IMG/VR virus record: IMGVR_UViG_3300022744_000033
Span: 1 to 56,030 of that record
From: a virus
Lineage: Duplodnaviria; Caudoviricetes
DNA: 56,030 nucleotides
Direction: 5' to 3' (one strand)
The notes under the pieces were generated by a model. That model saw only the letters and a program-made list of their open reading frames with translations. It was not told the origin of the DNA and ran no database searches. A program made the translations under genes and the position numbers. The first letter of the stretch is position 1. Every line of letters starts with the position of its first letter. Positions 1 to 7,366 of the stretch are shown piece after piece.

Positions 1-127
<127 letters not shown>

Positions 128-584
128 TGCTGCTGGCGCTGGCCCTCGGGCTGCTGGCGCTGGCCCTCGTGCTGCTGGCCCTCGATGCCGCCAGTCCGCA
201 CCCGGGCTCGAGCCGCTGGCGCTGGCCTCGTGCTGCTGGCGCTGGCCCTCGTGCTGCTGGCGCTGGCCCTCGTGCTGCTGGCGCGGCCGCATGTCCGCGC
301 CGCGCTATTTGCGCCTCGCTAAGCCCCGATCGCACCCCGGACCCTTACCGCACCACACCAGGACCGCGTTAGGCGATCCTGCGCCGCCCTAGGCCGCTCT
401 ACAGGCCATCGTCGCGACTGGTGCTGGCCGCGACTGGCGGGCAACGGGTCCCATCCAGGGGCAAATTAGGGGGCGCGCAACGGTGAGCGCCTTTCGCCAG
501 CCTATATGCGAATCGTTCTCATTCGGGTTACGGACGGGGCGGGCCTGCACCACCGGCACCTGGGCTGTCCCACGGGGTGCCCCA

Positions 585-875
585 CCCGTCTCCACCAATT
601 ACGTCGGGGTGGGGGCGCGCTAAGTTGTTGATTTGATTGGGCTATCGCCTCCTTCTCTACCTTCTCCACCTAAAATAAATATATAAGGAGAACGTGCCCC
701 TCGCTATTTAGCTATTTGGCTATTTGCTGGTAATCAGCGCTGCGCGGGAATTCCAGGTAAAAGGTACGGTGGCGGTGGAGAAGTGGGGGAGTGGTGGAGT
801 AGGGTCGAAAACTTCAATGAAGTCAACCACTTACGCATTCTCCACACGCCGTAACCCGAGGTGGCGGTGGAGTAG
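585..875. other. Putative replication origin
   Basis: Lies directly downstream of the primase/VirE gene. Converging CTCCACC/GGTGGAG repeats, an AT-rich core (TAAAATAAATATATAAG), three GCTATTT repeats, and two inverted IHF-like sites (TAAGTTGTTGATT at 621-633; AGTCAACCACTTA at ~820-832). Confidence 0.6.
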
Positions 876-882
876 GGGAGCC

Positions 883-906
883 AAAAAATAAGGCCCCGAA
901 GGGCCT
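883..906 (-). terminator. Intrinsic terminator of the leftward replication operon
   Basis: Hairpin AGGCCC-CGAA-GGGCCT followed on the minus strand by TTATTTTTT, just after the primase stop codon. Confidence 0.65.
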
Positions 907-922
907 CCATAATTTATGTAAT

Positions 923-3115
923 TTAGCGGGTCCACCATCGGCCCCGTTTGCCGTCAATCATGCGCTCTTTTTTAATGTACCCAAATTTAGCCATAATTTT
1001 AGCAGCGCGCATCTGGTCGGCCTTGGTGGCGTCACCCTTCCTAATTTGCAGCGCACCGTGCAGGATCTGGCTCAACTCGAAGGGTCGATCGCCGTTGCGG
1101 GGGGCCTCGCCGAACGGGGGTTTCGCGTCCAGCCACTCGCCGATGTAGGACTCCCACGGGTCGTCCTCGGTGCTGAACTCCCCATGCACGGCGGGCGCAG
1201 CTTCCATCGCCCCCTGCCACTGGATGCCACCCTGCTTCCACAGCGCGATCCCCTCGGCCCACAGCTGATCCCGGTCGGCGGCCAGCGCCTCGTGGTCGCC
1301 CGTGCGGACCACCTCGATCGGGAGCCAACGACGGGCACCCGTGGGGTCGTCCAGGATGGCCTTGTCGTTGCCGGTGCCCATGATGACGAAGCGCCGCGGG
1401 TAGGTGGTCACGTCGTTGGAGTGCATGCCGCGCCACTGCTCGTGCGTGCGGGTCACCCAGTCGCGGATGTGGGCGGTGGCGCGCTTGTTCCACCCGACCA
1501 TCTCGGGAATCTCCACCACCAGCCGGCCACGCACGCGCATGGACAGTTCCTTGTCGTCCTGGCCAAAGTCGACGGTGCTGTACGCCTCGATGTCGGGCAC
1601 CAGCGCCTTGATGCAGGTCGACTTGCGCCGACCCTGGGCCTCGCTGATGAGGATGACGGCCATGTCGGCCTGGCACCCCGGGGAGTACAGCCGGCCGGCG
1701 AGCGCGGTGAACAGGTACAGGGCCACCGTGCGGGCATAGTGGCTGTCCTCGGTTCCGAAGTACCTGGACATGGCCGTTTCGACCCGGCGCACGCCGTCCC
1801 ACTTGAGGGTGTCGGCCCACATGATGGCGCTGTCGAAGCGCGCGTGCGCCGAGTGCTCGGCGATGACGTCCAGGAAGTCGTCCTTGGGCACTTTCTTGAA
1901 GCCCCGCGCCAGCAGCATGCGGCGCATCCAGGTGACATCCTCGTCGCGCAGTTGCCGCCACTGACCCTGCGTGCCCAGCATGAGGCGGTCGCGGAACTGG
2001 TCGTGAGCCACCTTGAACAGCGGCGCGCACTCGGTCAGTTCCTCGTACATGGCCACCAGGGTCGCCTGGCCGCCGAACTTGGTGGCCGTCATGCTGGACA
2101 GCCCATCCCACACCCCGGTCGGCGCGGGCATCGAGCCCGGCCCGGGGGCGGCTGCAGCGGGCACGACCGCCCCGGTAAACACTGTTTCAGGGTCCACCCG
2201 GCGGCGGTTGACCCAGCCGGCGTCCTTCGCCATCTGAAACACCGTGGCCCGCCGCACCTTGCCGGCGTAGGGGCGGGACCACTGCCACTCCAGGTGGTCC
2301 TCCGGGGCCGTCTCGCCGCTCCAGGCCAGCTGGTTCGGGAGTTGCCCCCGCGACCAGTCAAACCAGATTTGCTTGCCGTCCTCGCCGATGGACTTCAGGG
2401 CGTTCATGACCTTGATCCACTTGGCGTTGCCCTCGTCGGACACGAACGCCAGCGCGGCGCGCAGTTCCTCGACCGTGGCGGCCCGCTGCTCGGGCGTCAG
2501 GGTCGCCCAGTCATCGGGGGCCTGGTGCTCGACGCGCTCGCCGTCGTCCGGCCACACCATCGAGGCCAGCATCGTGATGCCGGCGGTGCAGTCGGTGGCC
2601 GCGTCGCCGCTCAGGTAGGTGCCCATCGCCACGAACGCGACGTCGGACTGGAACAAGTCGAAGTCCCCCATCGTCGGGTGGCCCTTGACCGCCCGCTTGC
2701 CGTGGCCGGCGTCCGTGTAGGTGAACCAGAAGTGCAGGCCCCGGCCGCTCACGGACAGTTCGATGGCCGCGCCCGGCAAGATCAGGTCGCGCACCATCAG
2801 CGCCGCAGGGCTCCAGGCCCCCGTCGTGGGGTCGACGCAGTTGTCCAGGTCCAGGCACCCGATGCCCGGCTGCGGCCGGAATCCCAGGCCGACGTACCCC
2901 TCATTCGAGGGGGTAGCGTGGCGCTGGCCCGTGGCGCGCAGGTAGTTCACCCACTGTAGGGCCTGCTCGTGGCTCAGGAGGGGTGCGGGGCTTGTGGTGG
3001 AATGGTGGGTCCAGCCGTCATAGTGGACCGGCACCTTGCGCAGTTTCTTCGGGCCGGGCTCGGTGACCCACAGGGTCCAGGAGTTGACGGCCAGCAGGGC
3101 ATCAAGTGCGGGCAT
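923..3115 (-). CDS. DNA primase-helicase (prim-pol + PriCT-2 + VirE/VapE-type P-loop domain)
   Basis: N-terminal LDLDNC and ELSVSGRGLHFW prim-pol motifs; WIKVMNALKS...WFDWS PriCT-2-like segment; QGRRKST Walker A, VVEIPEM, GTGN and DPTGARRW VirE motifs. Confidence 0.85.
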   Translation of the reverse strand: MPALDALLAVNSWTLWVTEPGPKKLRKVPVHYDGWTHHSTTSPAPLLSHEQALQWVNYLRATGQRHATPSNEGYVGLGFRPQPGIGCLDLDNCVDPTTGAWSPAALMVRDLILPGAAIELSVSGRGLHFWFTYTDAGHGKRAVKGHPTMGDFDLFQSDVAFVAMGTYLSGDAATDCTAGITMLASMVWPDDGERVEHQAPDDWATLTPEQRAATVEELRAALAFVSDEGNAKWIKVMNALKSIGEDGKQIWFDWSRGQLPNQLAWSGETAPEDHLEWQWSRPYAGKVRRATVFQMAKDAGWVNRRRVDPETVFTGAVVPAAAAPGPGSMPAPTGVWDGLSSMTATKFGGQATLVAMYEELTECAPLFKVAHDQFRDRLMLGTQGQWRQLRDEDVTWMRRMLLARGFKKVPKDDFLDVIAEHSAHARFDSAIMWADTLKWDGVRRVETAMSRYFGTEDSHYARTVALYLFTALAGRLYSPGCQADMAVILISEAQGRRKSTCIKALVPDIEAYSTVDFGQDDKELSMRVRGRLVVEIPEMVGWNKRATAHIRDWVTRTHEQWRGMHSNDVTTYPRRFVIMGTGNDKAILDDPTGARRWLPIEVVRTGDHEALAADRDQLWAEGIALWKQGGIQWQGAMEAAPAVHGEFSTEDDPWESYIGEWLDAKPPFGEAPRNGDRPFELSQILHGALQIRKGDATKADQMRAAKIMAKFGYIKKERMIDGKRGRWWTR

Positions 3116-3284
3116 TGGCGACCACCTTCATCAGCGCCTGATAGGTGGCAAGGGTGACGTTGGCCACACTGCCGGCGTGGATGCGTTGGACGGTGGCGAA
3201 GGCGCACCCCGATCGCCGCGCCACTTCGCGCATGGTCAGGCCCGAGGCCACCAAGGCGCGCACATGCTCAATGAGTTGATCCAT
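3102..3284 (-). CDS. Small Cro-like HTH DNA-binding protein
   Basis: 60 aa with LTMREVARRSGCAFATVQRI helix-turn-helix pattern. Confidence 0.7.
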   Translation of the reverse strand: MDQLIEHVRALVASGLTMREVARRSGCAFATVQRIHAGSVANVTLATYQALMKVVANART

Positions 3285-3339
3285 AGTAGGGTCACGTTAC
3301 AGGTGAGCGCGCATAGTAGCGCAAAGACTCAGGTATGGG

Positions 3340-3483
3340 TCAATCCGCTGCCCACACGCAACTGACGTAAACCCCCACCGCGAACACGAACACCGCTGCT
3401 GCAGCGGCCGGGTCCGCCAGGTTGCGGGCGATGCACCCAGCAACCTTGGCGGCGAACCACAGTTCGAGGATGCGGGTGGTCAC
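3340..3483 (-). CDS. Small hydrophobic hypothetical protein
   Basis: GTG start overlaps the methylase TGA (GTGA coupling); 47 aa. Confidence 0.4.
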   Translation of the reverse strand: MTTRILELWFAAKVAGCIARNLADPAAAAAVFVFAVGVYVSCVWAAD

Positions 3484-5522
3484 TTCAGCGCCCCCAGGCA
3501 CCGCGCCTCGGCAATCGCCACGTACTCGGGCGTCATGTCGATGCCGATGAACTGGAAGCCCTCCAGGATCGCCGCCTTGCCCGTGCTGCCGCTGCCCATG
3601 AACGGGTCCAGCACCACGCCGCCAGGAGGCGTCACCAGCCGGCACAGGTAGCGCATGAGGTCGGTGGGCTTGACGGTGGGGTGGACGTTCCCATCGCCAC
3701 GGTCGGACTTGCTTGCCTTCGCGCAGTAATAGAACCGGGCAGCACTGCCGGTGTCGAGCCGTCGCATCCCGGGCTCACCTTCGCGCCGCATATTCCCGTA
3801 GACGTTGCTGGTCTTCGGGCTGGGCGCGGTCGTGCTCACGTCGGCCATCTGCCCCGGCGCTTGCGGAAACGCCGCCAGAACCTCGTCGCTGCCGTCGTGA
3901 ATGATATTGGCGGGCCAGCGGCCGACGCGCTCGGAGTGGTCGAGGCCCTCGCGCTGGTCTTGCTTGCGCCCGCTTTCCTCGGCGCTCGTCTCGCCCGGCC
4001 GCTTCGGAAAAGCGCCGTTGGAGCCCCGTGAATGCGTGCTCACCACGTCAGTCCCCACCCTGCACCCGTCGATGTTCATCGCCCCCGTGCCATGCGTCAG
4101 GACGTTCTCACTCACGGTCCCGATCAGTGGCTTGCGGGCCACGCAGATCGGCTCCCATGCCGGTTTCAGGGCGGTGCCCCAGCCTTGCCATTGGCGGGCG
4201 GCGTCGGTGGCGGGGGCGAAGTCCCAGTGCGAGTTCTCAACCTTCTCCGGGTCGTTCATCCAGGGGCGTGCATAGCCCCCTTCAGCCGATCCGACAGTGC
4301 CGCCGTCACGCAGGCCCTTGAGGTTGTCGCGGCCGACGAAGTTTTCGTGCCCAGCCTTCGGCTTCATCCGCTCGGTGCGTTCCGCGCCAGCCGCCTTGTC
4401 GATGGCCTTCGACACGTCCAACGACTTCGGGAACCCCGACCCGTACACCCAAGCCATCTGATCCCGCACCTCGAACCCCGCATCCTCGATCGCGCACACC
4501 ATCCGGTGATAGGTCCGCGTGCCCGAGAACGCCAGCATGTGCCCGCCCGGCTTCAGCACGCGCAGCGCCTCGGCCCACATCTCGACGTTGTAAGCGACCT
4601 TTGTGCCATCCCAGTCCTTGCCCATAAACCCAGAAGCGGCTACGCTTGTCGGATGGACAACAAGATCGAACGTCAGTGCCCGGCCTGCGGAACCACCTAT
4701 CACGCTGACCCGGCGCGATTGAAGTTTGGCCGGCAAACCACTTGCAGCCGGGAATGCTCGTATCGCCTTCGCGGTGCCGGCCTTCAGCGTAGCCAACAGT
4801 ACCAGTGCGGCGGCTGCGGGAAGGTCGTCATTCGCCCGCCATCCCATAGCGATGCACGCCATGGGGCTGTGTTCTGTTCCGCAGGCTGCGCTTATGCGAA
4901 TCGCAAGCGAATCGTCGAAAAACCCTACAACTTCATTTCCGACGTCGACCGCTCCGCAGCCGCGAACAAGGCTTGGGAGACTCGCCGCCGGAACCCGAAG
5001 CCCTACCCCGATAGCGCCAGAAAGAAAGCCGCAGCCAGAGCGGTTGAGCGCATCCAGCAGGGGGGTGGTGTCAGCGCATTCGAGAATGAAGCAGCCCAGG
5101 TGTTGCGCGGCCTCGGGTTCGACGTCAGGCAGTCCGTTGCGATGCGGTCCAGCAACGGAACATTCGCCCATGTTTTCGACATCCTGATTCCGGCGCGTCG
5201 ACTCGTCATTGAATGCCACGGCACTTACTTCCACGGTGGCCGATGGAGTTGGCTCGACGCCGACGCCACCCAGCGCAAGAACTTGCTCTATGAGGAACGA
5301 AAGGTGGCAGCCGCTCGCAGGGTCGGCATTGACCTTCGCATCCTTTGGGAGCATGAGTTCAAGAAAGACAAGCGCGGCGCTTGCCTTTCCGTCGTTCGAT
5401 AGTTCATACGGCGGGTCGGTGACGATGCTGTCGACGCTGGCGTCGGGCATGCCGCGCATCACGTCGATGCAGTCGCCCAGGCGCAAGCTCACGCCCATCA
5501 GTTCCAGCAGTTCGCGACTCAT
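3480..5522 (-). CDS. N6-adenine/N4-cytosine DNA methyltransferase carrying a 256-codon in-frame insertion
   Basis: GDCIDVM...IVTDPPYEL catalytic motif, RVLKPGG, HPTVKP, and VLDPFMGSGSTG SAM-binding motif. ATG at 5522 overlaps the upstream stop. Removing 4632-5399 restores DPPYEL-GFMGKDWD. Confidence 0.9.
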   Translation of the reverse strand: MSRELLELMGVSLRLGDCIDVMRGMPDASVDSIVTDPPYELSNDGKASAALVFLELMLPKDAKVNADPASGCHLSFLIEQVLALGGVGVEPTPSATVEVSAVAFNDESTRRNQDVENMGECSVAGPHRNGLPDVEPEAAQHLGCFILECADTTPLLDALNRSGCGFLSGAIGVGLRVPAASLPSLVRGCGAVDVGNEVVGFFDDSLAIRISAACGTEHSPMACIAMGWRANDDLPAAAALVLLATLKAGTAKAIRAFPAASGLPAKLQSRRVSVIGGSAGRALTFDLVVHPTSVAASGFMGKDWDGTKVAYNVEMWAEALRVLKPGGHMLAFSGTRTYHRMVCAIEDAGFEVRDQMAWVYGSGFPKSLDVSKAIDKAAGAERTERMKPKAGHENFVGRDNLKGLRDGGTVGSAEGGYARPWMNDPEKVENSHWDFAPATDAARQWQGWGTALKPAWEPICVARKPLIGTVSENVLTHGTGAMNIDGCRVGTDVVSTHSRGSNGAFPKRPGETSAEESGRKQDQREGLDHSERVGRWPANIIHDGSDEVLAAFPQAPGQMADVSTTAPSPKTSNVYGNMRREGEPGMRRLDTGSAARFYYCAKASKSDRGDGNVHPTVKPTDLMRYLCRLVTPPGGVVLDPFMGSGSTGKAAILEGFQFIGIDMTPEYVAIAEARCLGALK
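4618..4646 (+). promoter_or_regulatory. Putative sigma70 junction promoter for the antisense endonuclease (leaderless)
   Basis: TTGCCC (4618-4623) - 17 nt - TACGCT (4641-4646), with the ATG starting at 4653. Confidence 0.5.
4632..5399. mobile_element. In-frame insertion element in the methylase (putative homing element; not an intein or intron)
   Basis: 768 bp separating PPYEL from GFMGK, almost entirely occupied by an antisense endonuclease ORF, with no Hint motifs. Confidence 0.8.
4653..5402 (+). CDS. Zn-finger + Vsr/DUF559-like (PD-(D/E)XK) putative homing endonuclease, antisense within the methylase
   Basis: CPACG, CSREC, CGGCG and CSAGC Cys pairs; C-terminal SAFE...FDILIPARRLVIECHGTYFHG...ILWEHE typical of Vsr-like nucleases; 249 aa. 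Confidence 0.85.
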   Translation: MDNKIERQCPACGTTYHADPARLKFGRQTTCSRECSYRLRGAGLQRSQQYQCGGCGKVVIRPPSHSDARHGAVFCSAGCAYANRKRIVEKPYNFISDVDRSAAANKAWETRRRNPKPYPDSARKKAAARAVERIQQGGGVSAFENEAAQVLRGLGFDVRQSVAMRSSNGTFAHVFDILIPARRLVIECHGTYFHGGRWSWLDADATQRKNLLYEERKVAAARRVGIDLRILWEHEFKKDKRGACLSVVR

Positions 5523-5809
5523 TTGATCCCCCGCGCAGCTGCCGCCCGCACCGCTTCCGGCGCATCCATCGCGTGCTTGTCCCGCATCGCCAGGCCCTGG
5601 GCCACCACCGGCAGCACCTTGCGGGTCACGGCGGCGCGCATGATGGCTCGGCGCATGGCCGGCATCGTGCCCAGGTAGGCGGACACCAGCCCCGGGCTGC
5701 AATCGGCCTCGGCCGCAATGGCGTCGCGCGTCATGCGCATGTAGCCGTCGCGCTCGGCCACGGCCAGGGCGGCGGTCATGATGGCCTCTCGGCGGTCGTT
5801 GGATTTCAT
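5519..5809 (-). CDS. TetR-like HTH transcriptional regulator
   Basis: RREAIMTAALAVAERDGY..MTRDAIAAEADCSPGLVSAY matches the TetR N-terminal HTH pattern. Confidence 0.75.
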   Translation of the reverse strand: MKSNDRREAIMTAALAVAERDGYMRMTRDAIAAEADCSPGLVSAYLGTMPAMRRAIMRAAVTRKVLPVVAQGLAMRDKHAMDAPEAVRAAAARGIK

Positions 5810-5828
5810 GGCAGTATGGTCGTAAAAG

Positions 5829-5844
5829 TTGACGGCATCGTCAC
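5829..5844. promoter_or_regulatory. Palindromic operator-like site (TGAC-N6-GTCA)
   Basis: Reads GTGACGATGCCGTCAA on the minus strand upstream of the TetR-like gene; matches the sites at 10245 and 13243. Confidence 0.5.
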
Positions 5845-6311
5845 AGTGTACCCCTTCCGGTGGCAAACGCAGCATCCCCGCCGCTGGCGAGCACCAGAGT
5901 GGCCCAACGCAACTGAGCAAGCTCGTGGTCATCGCCCCGCCAGCGCCAGCCGTGGTGCTTCACCTCGCGGCTGACGAACTGGGCGATGGTGTGGCCGACG
6001 TGGGCCTGGGTGATGACCACCGGCCGCCAGCCGATGAGGTCGGCGGACTTGATGTGCGCGTTCTCGGCCTTGGACTCGTTCGCCAGGCCGAAGCGGACCG
6101 GCACGCCGCGTGCGTCCACGAGGCACCCTGTGTTGTTGCGGTAGAGGTAGACCCCCTTGCGGGCTGCGTCCAGGCGTACCTCGACCTGCATGGCCGCTTC
6201 GCTGTTCCCCTTGATCGGCGGGGGCACCCGCGACTGGTCGGTCAGCAGGTGGCGCAGGTCATCCAGCGCGGCCGGGGGGATGGCCCACTTGCGAGCCCAT
6301 TCGGTCAGCAT
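5841..6311 (-). CDS. VRR-NUC domain nuclease
   Basis: SADLIG...SREVK...Q..W...V...GG motif pattern; adjacent to the helicase module. Confidence 0.75.
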   Translation of the reverse strand: MLTEWARKWAIPPAALDDLRHLLTDQSRVPPPIKGNSEAAMQVEVRLDAARKGVYLYRNNTGCLVDARGVPVRFGLANESKAENAHIKSADLIGWRPVVITQAHVGHTIAQFVSREVKHHGWRWRGDDHELAQLRWATLVLASGGDAAFATGRGTL

Positions 6312-7366
6312 TGCATCACCGCTTCGATGAACGCTTGCGCGGCGGGAGCCACGAGTCCATTGCCGTAGCCGCGCAACTGGACCACTCGGGCGGGAGCCCC
6401 ATCAGCCAGCGGGAATGTGCCGGGCTCAACCGGCCGCCACTTGCCGTCCCGGCAAGCGAGCCAGTCAGCAGATGACCAGTGGCCGTTAGTCGGGCCGGAC
6501 CTTGGGGCACCAGCGTGAACACTTGCTCGCTCAAGGGCTTGCCCGTTTTCATCTGCGCCCGTGACTCCAGCCACTCCTGGCCCGCAAAGGGGCTGATCCA
6601 GTCTCGGGCTGTCGGGGCTGCCCAGCCGGTCAGGCACACCGACGCCGCCAGATCCGGCCCCGTGCTGCGCATCGCTTCCGCCAGCCCGCCCTCGAATGAG
6701 CGCACGCCCTTCTCGGCCAGGGCCGCTGTTGGAGTCGGCCAGCCGGCCAAGTTCGCGGTGGTCCCCACCGGCCACTGGTCGTCCCAGTCGGTCAGACGTG
6801 CCGCTCCGTAGGTCTTCAAATGAATCGTGTGGTCCGGGCCGTAGCAGTGCGTGTTCGCTTCGGTAGTTGGAGTCGGCCACCCAGTACAGCCGCTGTCGGA
6901 TGTGGGGTGCGCCGACGCCCGCAGCGCACAGATCGACCGCCCCAACGGCGTAGTTCTCGCCTTCCAGGTCAGTCGCCACAAGGTCGAGCCAAGCGAGGCC
7001 GTCTTTGCTTGCAACTTGCTCGCCAAGGACGACTGAAGGGCGGCAGACTCGGATGAGGTGCAGGAAGTGTGGCCATAGATGCCGCTCGTCAGCAAACCCA
7101 TCTCCTTTGCCTGCGTTGCTGAAAGGCTGGCAAGGGCATGAGCCGGTCCACACAGGGCGGTCATCAGCCCAGCCGGCCCTTCGGAGGGCGTAGGACCAAA
7201 TGCCGATTCCGGCGAAGAAATGACATTGTGTAAAGCCAGCCAAGTCTGCGGGTCGCACGTCCGCAATGCTTCGCGTATCGACGTATCCGTAGGGAATGTG
7301 CCCTGCATAAATCAACTCCTGCAGCCAAGCTGCGGTCTTAGGGTCGAACTCGTTGTAGTAGTTCAT
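6305..7366 (-). CDS. C5-cytosine DNA methyltransferase, large (alpha-like) subunit
   Basis: FFAGIG (motif I), GSCPCQPFS (IV), GEQV (VI), APHIRQRLYWVA (VIII), QLRGYGN (X). Motif IX is absent from this frame. Confidence 0.85.
   Translation of the reverse strand: MNYYNEFDPKTAAWLQELIYAGHIPYGYVDTRSIADVRPADLAGFTQCHFFAGIGIWSYALRRAGWADDRPVWTGSCPCQPFSNAGKGDGFADERHLWPHFLHLIRVCRPSVVLGEQVASKDGLAWLDLVATDLEGENYAVGAVDLCAAGVGAPHIRQRLYWVADSNYRSEHALLRPGPHDSFEDLRSGTSDRLGRPVAGGDHRELGRLADSNSGPGREGRALIRGRAGGSDAQHGAGSGGVGVPDRLGSPDSPRLDQPLCGPGVAGVTGADENGQALERASVHAGAPRSGPTNGHWSSADWLACRDGKWRPVEPGTFPLADGAPARVVQLRGYGNGLVAPAAQAFIEAVMQC
6316..7308 (-). CDS. C5 methyltransferase small (beta-like) subunit in an overlapping frame (start uncertain, possibly near 7101)
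   Basis: Repeated GWPTP units and GRLSPAHSRWLMGLP, resembling motif IX, nested in a different frame of the alpha gene. Confidence 0.7.
   Translation of the reverse strand: MQGTFPTDTSIREALRTCDPQTWLALHNVISSPESAFGPTPSEGPAGLMTALCGPAHALASLSATQAKEMGLLTSGIYGHTSCTSSESAALQSSLASKLQAKTASLGSTLWRLTWKARTTPLGRSICALRASAHPTSDSGCTGWPTPTTEANTHCYGPDHTIHLKTYGAARLTDWDDQWPVGTTANLAGWPTPTAALAEKGVRSFEGGLAEAMRSTGPDLAASVCLTGWAAPTARDWISPFAGQEWLESRAQMKTGKPLSEQVFTLVPQGPARLTATGHLLTGSLAGTASGGRLSPAHSRWLMGLPPEWSSCAATAMDSWLPPRKRSSKR

Noticed and set aside
1046-2959. Long antisense ORFs over primase, portal (23004-24689), tape measure (30830-33190) and others
   Set aside because: These are in-register antisense shadows expected in high-GC3 genes. 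Unlike 4653-5402 they show no recognisable protein motifs.
4632-5399. Methylase insertion as an intein or group I/II intron
   Set aside because: There are no Hint-domain blocks or terminal His-Asn, the downstream residue is Gly, and almost no sequence lies outside the antisense ORF to form a ribozyme.
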